Source: a virus. From it: a stretch of 64,000 nucleotides of DNA. Below are positions 51,732 through 60,323 of the stretch, one piece after another. The stretch is from IMG/VR virus record IMGVR_UViG_3300043410_001242. One strand, written 5' to 3'. The notes under the pieces were generated by a model. That model did no database searches. It was not told where the DNA came from and saw nothing but the letters and a program-made list of their open reading frames with translations. The stretch's first letter is position 1. Each line of letters begins with the position of its first letter. The position numbers were made by a program, and so were the translations under genes.

Positions 51732-52508
51732 ATGTCAGCTATTAGTGCAAATGCTGTTAGAGAGGAAGCACCAGTCTTGAATAAGGCTTGGTTGTCTTTC
51801 GCGTTTGGTTTGTATTTCGTATTCTATCTATGGGTACGTTGGTATGAAGGTGTATATGGTTGGTCCGCAGGACTTGATTCATTCGCACCTGAGTTTGAAA
51901 CCTATTGGATGAATTTCTTATATACAGAAATTGTCCTAGAAGTCACAACCGCAAGTATTCTTTGGGGTTATCTTTGGAAGTCAAGAGATCGTGATCTTGC
52001 CAATATTACACCAAGAGAAGAACTTCGCCGTAATATGACACACCTTGTATGGTTATTTGCTTATGCAAATGCAATCTACTGGGGTGCATCATACTTTACT
52101 GAACAAGATGGTACTTGGCATCAGACTATCGTAAGAGATACTGATTTTACTCCAAGTCATATCATTGAGTTCTATCTTACATACCCAATCTACATTATTA
52201 CTGGGTTTGCTGCATTCCTTTATGCAAAGACAAGACTTCCTTACTTCGCACAAGGACTTAGCCTTCCATACTTGGTAACTGTTGTAGGACCATTTATGAT
52301 CCTTCCAAATGTTGGTCTTAATGAATGGGGACACACCTTCTGGTTTATGGAGGAACTTTTTGTCGCCCCTTTACATTATGGTTTCGTGTTCTTTGGTTGG
52401 CTTGCTTTGGCTATTGCGGGTGTATTGCTACAGGTCTTCTCATCTTTTGCTGGTTTAATCGGCGATCAGATTGTTGAGTCTGTTGATAAGGGTTTGATTG
52501 CAAAGTAA
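51732..52508 (+). CDS. pmoC: particulate methane monooxygenase subunit C
   Basis: WSAGLDSFAPEFETYWMN, EQDGTWHQTIVRDTDFTPSH, NVGLNEWGHTFWFMEELFVAPLH, C-terminal GLIAK. Confidence 0.97.
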   Translation: MSAISANAVREEAPVLNKAWLSFAFGLYFVFYLWVRWYEGVYGWSAGLDSFAPEFETYWMNFLYTEIVLEVTTASILWGYLWKSRDRDLANITPREELRRNMTHLVWLFAYANAIYWGASYFTEQDGTWHQTIVRDTDFTPSHIIEFYLTYPIYIITGFAAFLYAKTRLPYFAQGLSLPYLVTVVGPFMILPNVGLNEWGHTFWFMEELFVAPLHYGFVFFGWLALAIAGVLLQVFSSFAGLIGDQIVESVDKGLIAK

Positions 52509-52527
52509 TCTAACTCACATAACCAAA

Positions 52528-52555
52528 CAAAGGGGAACTTCGGTTCCCCTTTTTT
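52528..52555 (+). terminator. intrinsic terminator after pmoC
   Basis: AGGGGAAC-TTCG-GTTCCCCT plus T run. Confidence 0.9.
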
Positions 52556-52562
52556 ATTGCAA

Positions 52563-52618
52563 TTTTAATGGAATCTTAATATAACTGTAATACTCCGGTA
52601 ACATTCCTGTGATAAAAT
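52563..52618 (+). promoter_or_regulatory. Pho-box-like 11-bp direct repeats with -10
   Basis: TTTTAAT, TCTTAAT, CTGTAAT, CGGTAAC, CTGTGAT at 11-bp period; TAAAAT 10 nt after the CTGTAAT-N4-CGGTAAC pair. Confidence 0.55.
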
Positions 52619-52649
52619 ACCTTCGTATTTTTAAACAACGGAGACATAA

Positions 52650-53366
52650 ATGAAGAAATGGTTACTTTTAGTTCTTATTCTTATATCACATTCTGTATTC
52701 GCGAATGGAGAAGGTTCTGAACAATTATTTGGACAATGGACACAGTTTGCAGCTTACGGTAATTTTGGTAACAAAAGTCCTTGGATTTGGTGGACTGATG
52801 TTGCAGTAAGAAGTTCTCAGAATCATAAAGCAAAAGACGGAACACAAGGTTATGACGTTGGTTCTATTCCAACTCATAGCGCAGTAGGATACCAATTTGA
52901 TCCATCCAATTCTTTGATGTTGGGTTATACATATCAGTATAGTCAACCACCATACGCAAAGAAATCAACCAATGAAAATCGTATCTATCAACAATTTCAA
53001 AACTCTTTAGATTGGAAAGAAAACGGTAAACTAACAAACAGAACTAGATATGAACAGAGATGGGTTACATATTCCAGTGAAATGGCTCAAAGGTTGAGAC
53101 ACCAAGTTAAGTTTCAATATCCTATCAATAAAGACTGGGGATTCGTAATTAGTGATGAATTGTTTCTAAATATTAATAGTGTAAACTGGGGACCAAAGGC
53201 TGGATTTGACCAGAATAGAGTGTTTATTGGACCCGTTTACAATATAGATGACAGACAGAGAGTAGAGTTTGGTTACATGAATAACTATGTAAACAAAGAC
53301 TTAAAATCAGATCTAGATAATGATGTGTTAGTTATTAACTATTATTACAATTTTACAGATTATTAG
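52650..53366 (+). CDS. DUF2490-like outer-membrane beta-barrel protein
   Basis: Signal peptide; ENRIYQQ, RTRYEQR, RLR, DELF, GFDQNRVFIG, EFGYMN. Confidence 0.8.
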   Translation: MKKWLLLVLILISHSVFANGEGSEQLFGQWTQFAAYGNFGNKSPWIWWTDVAVRSSQNHKAKDGTQGYDVGSIPTHSAVGYQFDPSNSLMLGYTYQYSQPPYAKKSTNENRIYQQFQNSLDWKENGKLTNRTRYEQRWVTYSSEMAQRLRHQVKFQYPINKDWGFVISDELFLNINSVNWGPKAGFDQNRVFIGPVYNIDDRQRVEFGYMNNYVNKDLKSDLDNDVLVINYYYNFTDY

Positions 53367-53374
53367 GAGGAATT

Positions 53375-53446
53375 ATGTGGGAAAAACCTTCATTTAAAGA
53401 CATTCGTTTGGGATTTGAAGTAACTACCTATATCTACAATAGATAA
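53375..53446 (+). CDS. pqqA: pyrroloquinoline quinone precursor peptide PqqA (not in ORF track)
   Basis: AGGAGG RBS; MWEKPSFKDIRLGFEVTTYIYNR with W.KP...D.R.GFEVT.Y..NR and E-X3-Y core. Confidence 0.93.
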   Translation: MWEKPSFKDIRLGFEVTTYIYNR

Positions 53447-53447
53447 C

Positions 53448-53476
53448 TTGACAAAACATTCTTATTGTGATACAAT
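53448..53476 (+). promoter_or_regulatory. sigma70-type promoter
   Basis: TTGACA-17-TACAAT with TG extension. Confidence 0.75.
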
Positions 53477-53501
53477 ATATACTAAATTATGGAGAGTGAA
53501 A

Positions 53502-53822
53502 ATGGCAAAGCATAAGTTTGTTGTAATTAAAGGCAGAAACCTTTTTGTAGGAATTCATGGGTTACAGTATGAGATTTTTGATACTGTAACCTTTGAATGC
53601 AAGGAAGAACAAGTCACAGACTTACAACGGAAGTACGTCTATCGTAAACTACATACAGTAGACAACAAAAGTAATCCACTTTCTTTTCGCAGAAAAGTGT
53701 ATTGTCGTAGGCGTCATATTCTAAAACATGACGGGTCTATCTTTGCAGATAGAATCAAATTATTTGACCATGAAGATGGAACATATTACGGGTTTATTCC
53801 TGTAGAGTGTTTTAAATTCTAA
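53502..53822 (+). CDS. hypothetical protein
   Basis: GGAG RBS before ATG 53502. Confidence 0.55.
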   Translation: MAKHKFVVIKGRNLFVGIHGLQYEIFDTVTFECKEEQVTDLQRKYVYRKLHTVDNKSNPLSFRRKVYCRRRHILKHDGSIFADRIKLFDHEDGTYYGFIPVECFKF

Positions 53823-53856
53823 TCAAATCTTTCTGTTAACAACTAGAGGTAATTAA

Positions 53857-54249
53857 ATGAAGAAGCTTTTTGTATTTGTACTTTCTGCATTTCTTTTTGG
53901 ATGTGCGGGCACCACTAAGTGGGAACCTACTCTGAATAGTATGCCACACAAGAATCAGGCGGCCGAGTCGAAGGATCTTGCAGAGTGTAAGGATCTCGCG
54001 TTCCAGGCGGCAGGGTACGTCAAGGAAGGTGCAGAATGGGCATTTGTGAGTGCCGCAGGTGGTGCTGCTGAAGGCGCCGTGATCGGTGCCTTGGTGTCTG
54101 GTGCTGGTGGCGCAGGTATGGCCGCTGCAGCTGGTGCACCAATTGGTGCAATCGCCGGTCTCTGGTATGCTGAATATGAAGCAGATATTAATTATAAGAG
54201 AGCATACTCAAATTGCCTATTCCAGAGAGGTCATTATCCTATTAACTAA
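53857..54249 (+). CDS. glycine-zipper lipoprotein
   Basis: Lipobox LFGC, Gly/Ala zipper, C...RGH end. Confidence 0.75.
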   Translation: MKKLFVFVLSAFLFGCAGTTKWEPTLNSMPHKNQAAESKDLAECKDLAFQAAGYVKEGAEWAFVSAAGGAAEGAVIGALVSGAGGAGMAAAAGAPIGAIAGLWYAEYEADINYKRAYSNCLFQRGHYPIN

Positions 54250-54268
54250 TAGTTTCTTGGATGTTGAC

Positions 54269-54294
54269 AAAGGGACCTTCGGGTCCCTTTTTTT
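54269..54294 (+). terminator. intrinsic terminator
   Basis: AAAGGGACC-TTCG-GGTCCCTTT plus T run. Confidence 0.9.
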
Positions 54295-54299
54295 ATGGA

Positions 54300-54328
54300 T
54301 TGACAACACCACCAAAGTGTGTTATAAT
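54300..54328 (+). promoter_or_regulatory. sigma70-type promoter
   Basis: TTGACA-17-TATAAT with TG extension. Confidence 0.8.
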
Positions 54329-54358
54329 GTGTCATACATTATGAGTTAAGTGATTGTT

Positions 54359-54730
54359 ATGAATCTTGAATCGTTTTTTGAAACTTCCACTCCACAGGAC
54401 CTTGGTCAGTTCCTGACTCAATCGAAACAGGAATTAAAGGCCAAGGTCCAATCTAAAATTCGCCAGCGCAGATCACAAATGTTGGTGCATTCATATATCT
54501 ATTATGTTCTAGACGATAATATCGTTTCTGATGACAAATGGCAACAATGGGCTAATGAATTGCGTGATATACAAAAGGAATATCCGGAGTATTGCAAAAT
54601 CAATTTCTTTGATAGAGAATTCTCAACATGGAACGGTGATTCCGGTGCCTTTCTGCCGTTAAAAGATCCATACGTTATTCGCAAAGCGAATTACATTTAT
54701 AATCTGGTGAAAAATGAAGAAAACAAATAA
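54359..54730 (+). CDS. protein resembling N-terminal domain Ia of NAD-dependent DNA ligase
   Basis: HSYIYYVLDDNIVSDDKW...EL...YPE. Confidence 0.6.
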   Translation: MNLESFFETSTPQDLGQFLTQSKQELKAKVQSKIRQRRSQMLVHSYIYYVLDDNIVSDDKWQQWANELRDIQKEYPEYCKINFFDREFSTWNGDSGAFLPLKDPYVIRKANYIYNLVKNEENK

Positions 54731-55120
54731 AAGAGACACTTTCGATTCACAAGAACTGGCATATTTCTTTGCCAACCTTGAAGATAAACCAGTATATGCA
54801 TATTGTGCGTATAACTATTATCGTCTTTTGAAGGTTGTTGATTTGGGTCATGCATATGTCCTGCTTTCACCTGAAGAAGAAGGTTGCTGGATGCCTTCAT
54901 CTAGTATTAGAGAAAATGAAAACAAACCAGAACATATAGTAAAGGAGGAAGACAATGGACCAGAAATCGCATAATGTTTTAATATCATACGACCATAACT
55001 TATATGATATACCTTCAGACTTAGAAGAAAGATTTGAATTTCTGACTAAGAAAATTGATTATGCCAAATCTGATCCTGATTATTATGAACTATTGGCTGG
55101 AACTAAGATAATTTTTAATT

Positions 55121-55588
55121 GTGAGTTTGATAAGTATGAATGTAAATCTTGATCTGTCAGATTTTTGGCGGGGGTATATTGATATTTCAAAAGTAGAAAA
55201 GAAATATAATGTAAAATTTGTCTGTGAAACTCCAATCAAAGATAAATTTGGATGGAGAGTGACACCCTCACTTATCTTCTATGGAGAGAAACATCCACAA
55301 GGTTCAAATTACATGGCCCTTTCAGTAATACTTAATTCTGATGGTAAAGCTGATATGGTAGTCTCCGATGGTATCTCTGCAACAGGGTGTGATATCATTG
55401 GTATTATTGATGGAGACGAGGTAATTTATTCTAGATATCGGCATGATTATCGTGTAGGTAAAACTGGGGTATTTATTGATGGTGGCCGCGATTATGTAAG
55501 GTCTGGTACTCCTGATCCAGATCAATATGTAACAATGAAAATCATTGAAGGTAAATTAGAGGTAATTGAAAATGAAGAATCGATTTGA
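55121..55588 (+). CDS. conserved phage hypothetical protein
   Basis: YSRYRHDY...IDGGRDYVR. Confidence 0.6.
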   Translation: MSLISMNVNLDLSDFWRGYIDISKVEKKYNVKFVCETPIKDKFGWRVTPSLIFYGEKHPQGSNYMALSVILNSDGKADMVVSDGISATGCDIIGIIDGDEVIYSRYRHDYRVGKTGVFIDGGRDYVRSGTPDPDQYVTMKIIEGKLEVIENEESI

Positions 55589-55780
55589 TTTTGAACAAGA
55601 AATTATGGGTTGTTGGAATGTCGTGGAAGATCTAAAACTATTGAATGAAGGTGTTTTAGAAAGGGATATTTCGCGGGATCAGGTTTCTAATATCCTGTTG
55701 GGTATGCAAGAGGTATATCAATTGAAATTTGAAATTCTATTTGATACATTTGAAACTCTAATTAGAGATAAGGAAATCTA

Positions 55781-56596
55781 ATGAAAATCTTAGTAACGGG
55801 TTCGGAAGGATATATTGGTAAACATCTAATTAAAATGTTGGGTGATGAACATGAAGTAACCAGACTTGATATAAAAGCTGATGACTTTATGATGGCAACA
55901 GATATTACTAAACTTCCATCTGAAATACCCAATGTTCTTGCTGAGTTGGATGTTGTTATTCATCTTGCGGCTAGAGTAAAAGTTAACGAATCAGTTACTA
56001 ACCCTTGGTTATATTATAACACAAATGTTAATGGAACCAAGAACATTCTAAATCATGTAAAATGTCGCCATTTTATCTTTGCATCCACAGGAGTGGCATC
56101 AAAACCTGCAAACCCTTATGCATTATCTAAGAGAATTGCAGAAGATATTGTAAAGGAACATTGTCAGGAAAATGGATTTGACTTTACCATCTTTAGATTC
56201 TATAATGTTATTGGTTCTGATGGATTTGAACCTACCAACCCTGATGGGTTATTCTTCAACCTGAATAAGGCAGTAGAAACAGGTACATTCAACCTTTGTG
56301 GAACTGATTATAACACTATTGATGGAACTTGTCTTAGAGATTATATCCATGTGAATGAGGTCTGTAATGCTATCATTAAGTCATTGGAAACTCCATCAGG
56401 TCAGGTAGAAAATTTAGGTACTGGTGAAGGTAAAACTGTATTGGAAATTATCAATCAATATAAAGATACCAATCAGGTAGATTTTGAGGTAATCGATGTA
56501 GGTAGAAGAGAAGGTGATCTTGAGGTAAGTGTGTTGGATAACCCTTCCAAATACTTCGATAAATTGTATACATTTGAAGAATTGTTGAGGAAGTAA
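55781..56596 (+). CDS. NAD-dependent epimerase/dehydratase (GalE-like)
   Basis: VTGSEGYIG, HLAA, YALSK, RFYNV, DGTCLRDYIHV, RREGD. Confidence 0.88.
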   Translation: MKILVTGSEGYIGKHLIKMLGDEHEVTRLDIKADDFMMATDITKLPSEIPNVLAELDVVIHLAARVKVNESVTNPWLYYNTNVNGTKNILNHVKCRHFIFASTGVASKPANPYALSKRIAEDIVKEHCQENGFDFTIFRFYNVIGSDGFEPTNPDGLFFNLNKAVETGTFNLCGTDYNTIDGTCLRDYIHVNEVCNAIIKSLETPSGQVENLGTGEGKTVLEIINQYKDTNQVDFEVIDVGRREGDLEVSVLDNPSKYFDKLYTFEELLRK

Positions 56597-56597
56597 A

Positions 56598-57239
56598 ATG
56601 AAAGTCTATTTGTCCAATTATCGTAACCATTGGTTATCACCTTATCACATTCTGGAAAAGGTATTGTTCTGGAAAGATTGGGAAAATATTGATTACGATG
56701 AACCTTGGGTTGATAAATGGTCAGATAGACTTGAACCATCATGTATTAAATTACAGAAGGTATTGGATTTTATTCATCCTCGCATCACTTATGTGAAGAT
56801 TGATAAGTATGATACATGGGACATGGATAAAACTCTGTCTCCTATTATTCTTCCTATGTTGAAACAATTGAAGGCAACCAAACATGGTGCGCCTATGGTA
56901 TCTGATGATGATGTACCAGAAGAATTAAAAAGCACTTCTGCACTACCTAAAGAAAATGAATGGGATACTGATAGCAATCATTTCAGACGATGGGATTATG
57001 TCATAGGTGAAATGATTTGGGCTTTTGAACAATTAGTTGATGAGAATTGGGAAGACCAATATTACACAGGAGAAAGTGATTATATTTTCGTCAAATCGGA
57101 TGAATATGGTTTGATGGTTATGGAGAAAGGTCCAAAACACACTCAAGAATGGGATCGTGAAGGTTGGACAAATCACCATAAACGCATAGATAATGGATTG
57201 AGGTTGTTTGGTACTTACTATAGAGGACTATGGTCGTAA
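56598..57239 (+). CDS. conserved phage hypothetical protein, C-terminus altered by endonuclease insertion
   Basis: DTWDMD.TL..IILPMLKQL...LFGTYYRGLW. Confidence 0.7.
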   Translation: MKVYLSNYRNHWLSPYHILEKVLFWKDWENIDYDEPWVDKWSDRLEPSCIKLQKVLDFIHPRITYVKIDKYDTWDMDKTLSPIILPMLKQLKATKHGAPMVSDDDVPEELKSTSALPKENEWDTDSNHFRRWDYVIGEMIWAFEQLVDENWEDQYYTGESDYIFVKSDEYGLMVMEKGPKHTQEWDREGWTNHHKRIDNGLRLFGTYYRGLWS

Positions 57240-57860
57240 TTTACATTTATCAAAGTGCCATCTTTTCATATTTGTTAATTGACCAACTTTACCACAATGA
57301 GGACAATCAACTTTAGTTGTATTATTTTGATGACATTTCAGATTTTTCTTATGATTTTCACTCATTGGTTTTGATACACCTCTAGTTGTTAATGATATTT
57401 TTCTTTTGGTTTCCTCTGAAAGTTTTGGTATTGGTGTTATGCCTGATTTAAAATTTATTACCCTAGATTCGGTTCTTTTTCTTATATGTTCTTTAGTTTG
57501 GGGTTTTGGTTTTCCTTTAGTTTTTATTGATTGTTTAAGTCTTTCTTCTGATGTTCTTACTCTACCAAAACAACCATCACCACCAAAAGTTGAATTATAA
57601 CCATTATGGAATGAATCATATTCATTAATGAAATAATTTTCCATTTCTTTTAATGTGTGATCCTTATCTGTTGATTGATATATGATTTCCCAAATAAAAT
57701 TATCCCAACCATATTTCCTTATGGCACGATAAAATTTACAATCTTGATTTTTGGATGCGGATTTATGAATTCTTTGACGATTGGGATAATTGGAATCAAA
57801 TCCAATATACACTTTATTGTTTATGGTATTTCTGGCACTATAGATGGTATAAATATTCAT
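57228..57860 (-). CDS. free-standing GIY-YIG homing endonuclease
   Basis: IYSARNTINNKVYIG, AIRKYG, GYNSTFGGDG, NUMOD3-like SEETKRKIS, CPHCGK. Confidence 0.85.
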   Translation of the reverse strand: MNIYTIYSARNTINNKVYIGFDSNYPNRQRIHKSASKNQDCKFYRAIRKYGWDNFIWEIIYQSTDKDHTLKEMENYFINEYDSFHNGYNSTFGGDGCFGRVRTSEERLKQSIKTKGKPKPQTKEHIRKRTESRVINFKSGITPIPKLSEETKRKISLTTRGVSKPMSENHKKNLKCHQNNTTKVDCPHCGKVGQLTNMKRWHFDKCKLRP

Positions 57861-57951
57861 GCTGATACTCCGTTATAGTATTAGAGTCTGTGGGAACGCC
57901 AATTCCGTGACAGACTTTTTTATTGACTTATTTTACTATTTATGTTATAAT
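57861..57951 (-). promoter_or_regulatory. endonuclease leader: late promoter, conserved hairpin, RBS hairpin; divergent sigma70 promoter
   Basis: CATAAATA (rc of 57937-57944); stem 57885-57916; + strand TTGACT-17-TATAAT 57923-57951. Confidence 0.7.
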
Positions 57952-58144
57952 TTATGAAAATTACTTACTATAGAGGACTATGGGATTAATATGAAACATC
58001 TATATGATTTCTTCAGATCAGTATTTCATAACGTAGTAATTCACCCCATTCTCCCATTTCTACCTAGAAAGTGGGCAAAATGGTTACATGAAAAGAATGG
58101 TAAATGGGCTTATCCTGATGGACCTTTTAGTGGACTAGATTAAT

Positions 58145-58411
58145 ATGTCACATGAACAAGACAAACTAAAACATTCTAAACGCAGACATAATACCGATTC
58201 AGTTATTCAAAAAAGAAGAAAACTTCTTAAAGAATATAATATGGATCAGAATAATAGTGTTTATATCAGACAATATCACAGACTATCTAAAATGAATGGT
58301 ATCAACTGTGGTAATCCTGGTTGTATGTTGTGTATTAACCCTAGAAAGTATGGTGAAAAGACCATTCAAGAATTAAGTTTTGAACAAACAGAAAAATGGA
58401 GTGAAGAATGA
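58145..58411 (+). CDS. basic hypothetical protein with Cys cluster
   Basis: CGNPGCMLCINPRK. Confidence 0.6.
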   Translation: MSHEQDKLKHSKRRHNTDSVIQKRRKLLKEYNMDQNNSVYIRQYHRLSKMNGINCGNPGCMLCINPRKYGEKTIQELSFEQTEKWSEE

Positions 58412-58935
58412 TTGAATTAAATCAAAAGGTTTGGAATGAGTTGGTATTTGATTTTGGTAAAAGGTTGGGTCAAGGTCGAACTATTGATCAATCATTGCAA
58501 TGTTTTCTTGAAGATTATTGGACAGAACTAGATAATATGGCAAGTCAAGCTTCTGTTGCAAAGTATAAACCTGATTATGAACCAGAGAAGGATTTTGTAA
58601 CCAAGAAGTACCTAGAAGAAAAGAATAATATTCTTTGGAATTATGTTTATAATCTGAATAGAGAAATTGGTGAGTTAAGGAAGAAAGTTAACCTTATAGA
58701 CAATATGAAGGTTAATGGTCCAACACCAAAGTATCCCAATAATATTCCTCCGACACATGAGTATCCACTGGATTGGTATAAGATTACTGCACATTCAAAT
58801 GCACAAGATAATCAACCAATTAAAGGTTTGACTCCAGGACGGGTTGCAACCACTGGTTATATGCAAGTAACTGATGCACAGTATACCCCAGAACAAATTG
58901 AAGAATGGTCTAAAGTTAGATTTACTCCGAAATGA
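58408..58935 (+). CDS. hypothetical protein
   Basis: ATGA coupling. Confidence 0.55.
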   Translation: MIELNQKVWNELVFDFGKRLGQGRTIDQSLQCFLEDYWTELDNMASQASVAKYKPDYEPEKDFVTKKYLEEKNNILWNYVYNLNREIGELRKKVNLIDNMKVNGPTPKYPNNIPPTHEYPLDWYKITAHSNAQDNQPIKGLTPGRVATTGYMQVTDAQYTPEQIEEWSKVRFTPK

Positions 58936-59332
58936 TAAGTAAAGAGGTGGTGTCTGAGTTATATTCCAAAGCATATTCGGATATATTAGAACCATATCGT
59001 GTGTTTAAAAATGGTACACCATATTTTGATTATCTTGTTACAGATCAAATTGAAAGTAAAATACGATATCGTTTTGCAGAATTGTTAGAGGAATATATAA
59101 GAAATAAAGAGGATTGATATGAATTTGTTCAAGTATATATCTGCAAGAAGCAGACTTGTGGAGATTAATAAGACGGTCGAGGCCATGGGTGGTGAAGAAG
59201 CACCATCAATGTTGTTAGCTCAACAGGAGATGACCTCAGACGAAGTAACTTATTTCTTTTACAAGACCATATCAGATATCATATATACTCTTTTATTCTT
59301 GATAATTTTGATTGGTGGTTATGGAGTAACAG

Positions 59333-59728
59333 ATGCCATTTGATAATGAAACTAAACGCGAATGTCCACATTGCGGTAAAGAAATTGGTGGAGGTAGAGG
59401 TAACCTTAAAACTCACATAAACAAATGCAAAACCAAACTTGGTATTGTAGATGAACCTGAAACCCTTAATGTAATTGAAGGAGATAATATGTCACTTTTT
59501 GTTGAAGTAAATTCTGTTGATAAACAATGTCAAGTTATTATTAATTTGGATCATGTATTCGAAATCACCCCACTTGTAGCTGGTGGTTGTATTCTGATGT
59601 TTAATGATGGTGCAGGTAAGTATGATATGAAGGTATCAGATTCTTATGAATTGTTCCGTCAGTTTGCTATGCAGACTGTATCATCTGAAGACATTCAAAA
59701 GAAGATTGAATCTATTAAGAAGTCGTAA
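59333..59728 (+). CDS. hypothetical protein with N-terminal Zn finger
   Basis: CPHCGK...H...C; possible internal start MSLFVEV. Confidence 0.5.
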   Translation: MPFDNETKRECPHCGKEIGGGRGNLKTHINKCKTKLGIVDEPETLNVIEGDNMSLFVEVNSVDKQCQVIINLDHVFEITPLVAGGCILMFNDGAGKYDMKVSDSYELFRQFAMQTVSSEDIQKKIESIKKS

Positions 59729-59768
59729 TGGTTGACTTCTAATTGTCTTTTGTGATATACTATACATT

Positions 59769-60323
59769 ATGAATATTTTTTATCTTGACAAAGATGTTAG
59801 TCGTTGTGCCGAAATGCATAACGACAAGCATTGTATTAAAATGATTCTTGAATATGCTCAACTTCTTTCTACTTCTCATAGGGTCATCGACGGTACTTTG
59901 TCTGTTGAATTATCTAATAACGGACGTAAACGAAAGGTCTTTCGGTTACCTGATGGTAGGGATAATGTTCTGTATTCTGCTACTCACATCAACCACCCTT
60001 CGGCTATTTGGGTAAGACAATCTCTTGATAATTATTTTTGGTTGTTTGACTTGTGGATCGAACTCATGAAGGAATACACTTATCGTTATGGCAAAAATCA
60101 TAAGTGTGAATTTCTTATTGATACACTATCATTTGCACCTGATAATATTTCTAGTGGTCTATTCACTGAACCAACACCAGCTATGCCTGATGATATAAAA
60201 GTACCAGGTGACTCTATTGCATCTTACAGAAATTACTATATAAAGAATAAGACACATCTGGCTTCATGGTCAGGTAAAGTAAATTCACGTCCAATTCCAC
60301 AGTGGTATCAAAATGCAGGATAA
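59769..60323 (+). CDS. pyrimidine-dimer DNA glycosylase/EndoV (DenV)-like protein
   Basis: MNIFYLD...DKHCIKMILEYAQLLST, THINHPS, EYTYRYGK.H. Confidence 0.7.
   Translation: MNIFYLDKDVSRCAEMHNDKHCIKMILEYAQLLSTSHRVIDGTLSVELSNNGRKRKVFRLPDGRDNVLYSATHINHPSAIWVRQSLDNYFWLFDLWIELMKEYTYRYGKNHKCEFLIDTLSFAPDNISSGLFTEPTPAMPDDIKVPGDSIASYRNYYIKNKTHLASWSGKVNSRPIPQWYQNAG

Larger units (their letters stand above)
57212..57983. mobile_element. GIY-YIG endonuclease cassette flanked by a 22-bp direct repeat
   Basis: TACTTACTATAGAGGACTATGG at 57212-57233 and 57962-57983. Confidence 0.75.

Noticed and set aside
51732-53446. Host pmoCAB or pqq operon contamination
   Set aside because: No pmoA/B or pqqB-E; codons are AT-rich like the flanking phage genes; T4 late promoter and phage-type terminator are present.
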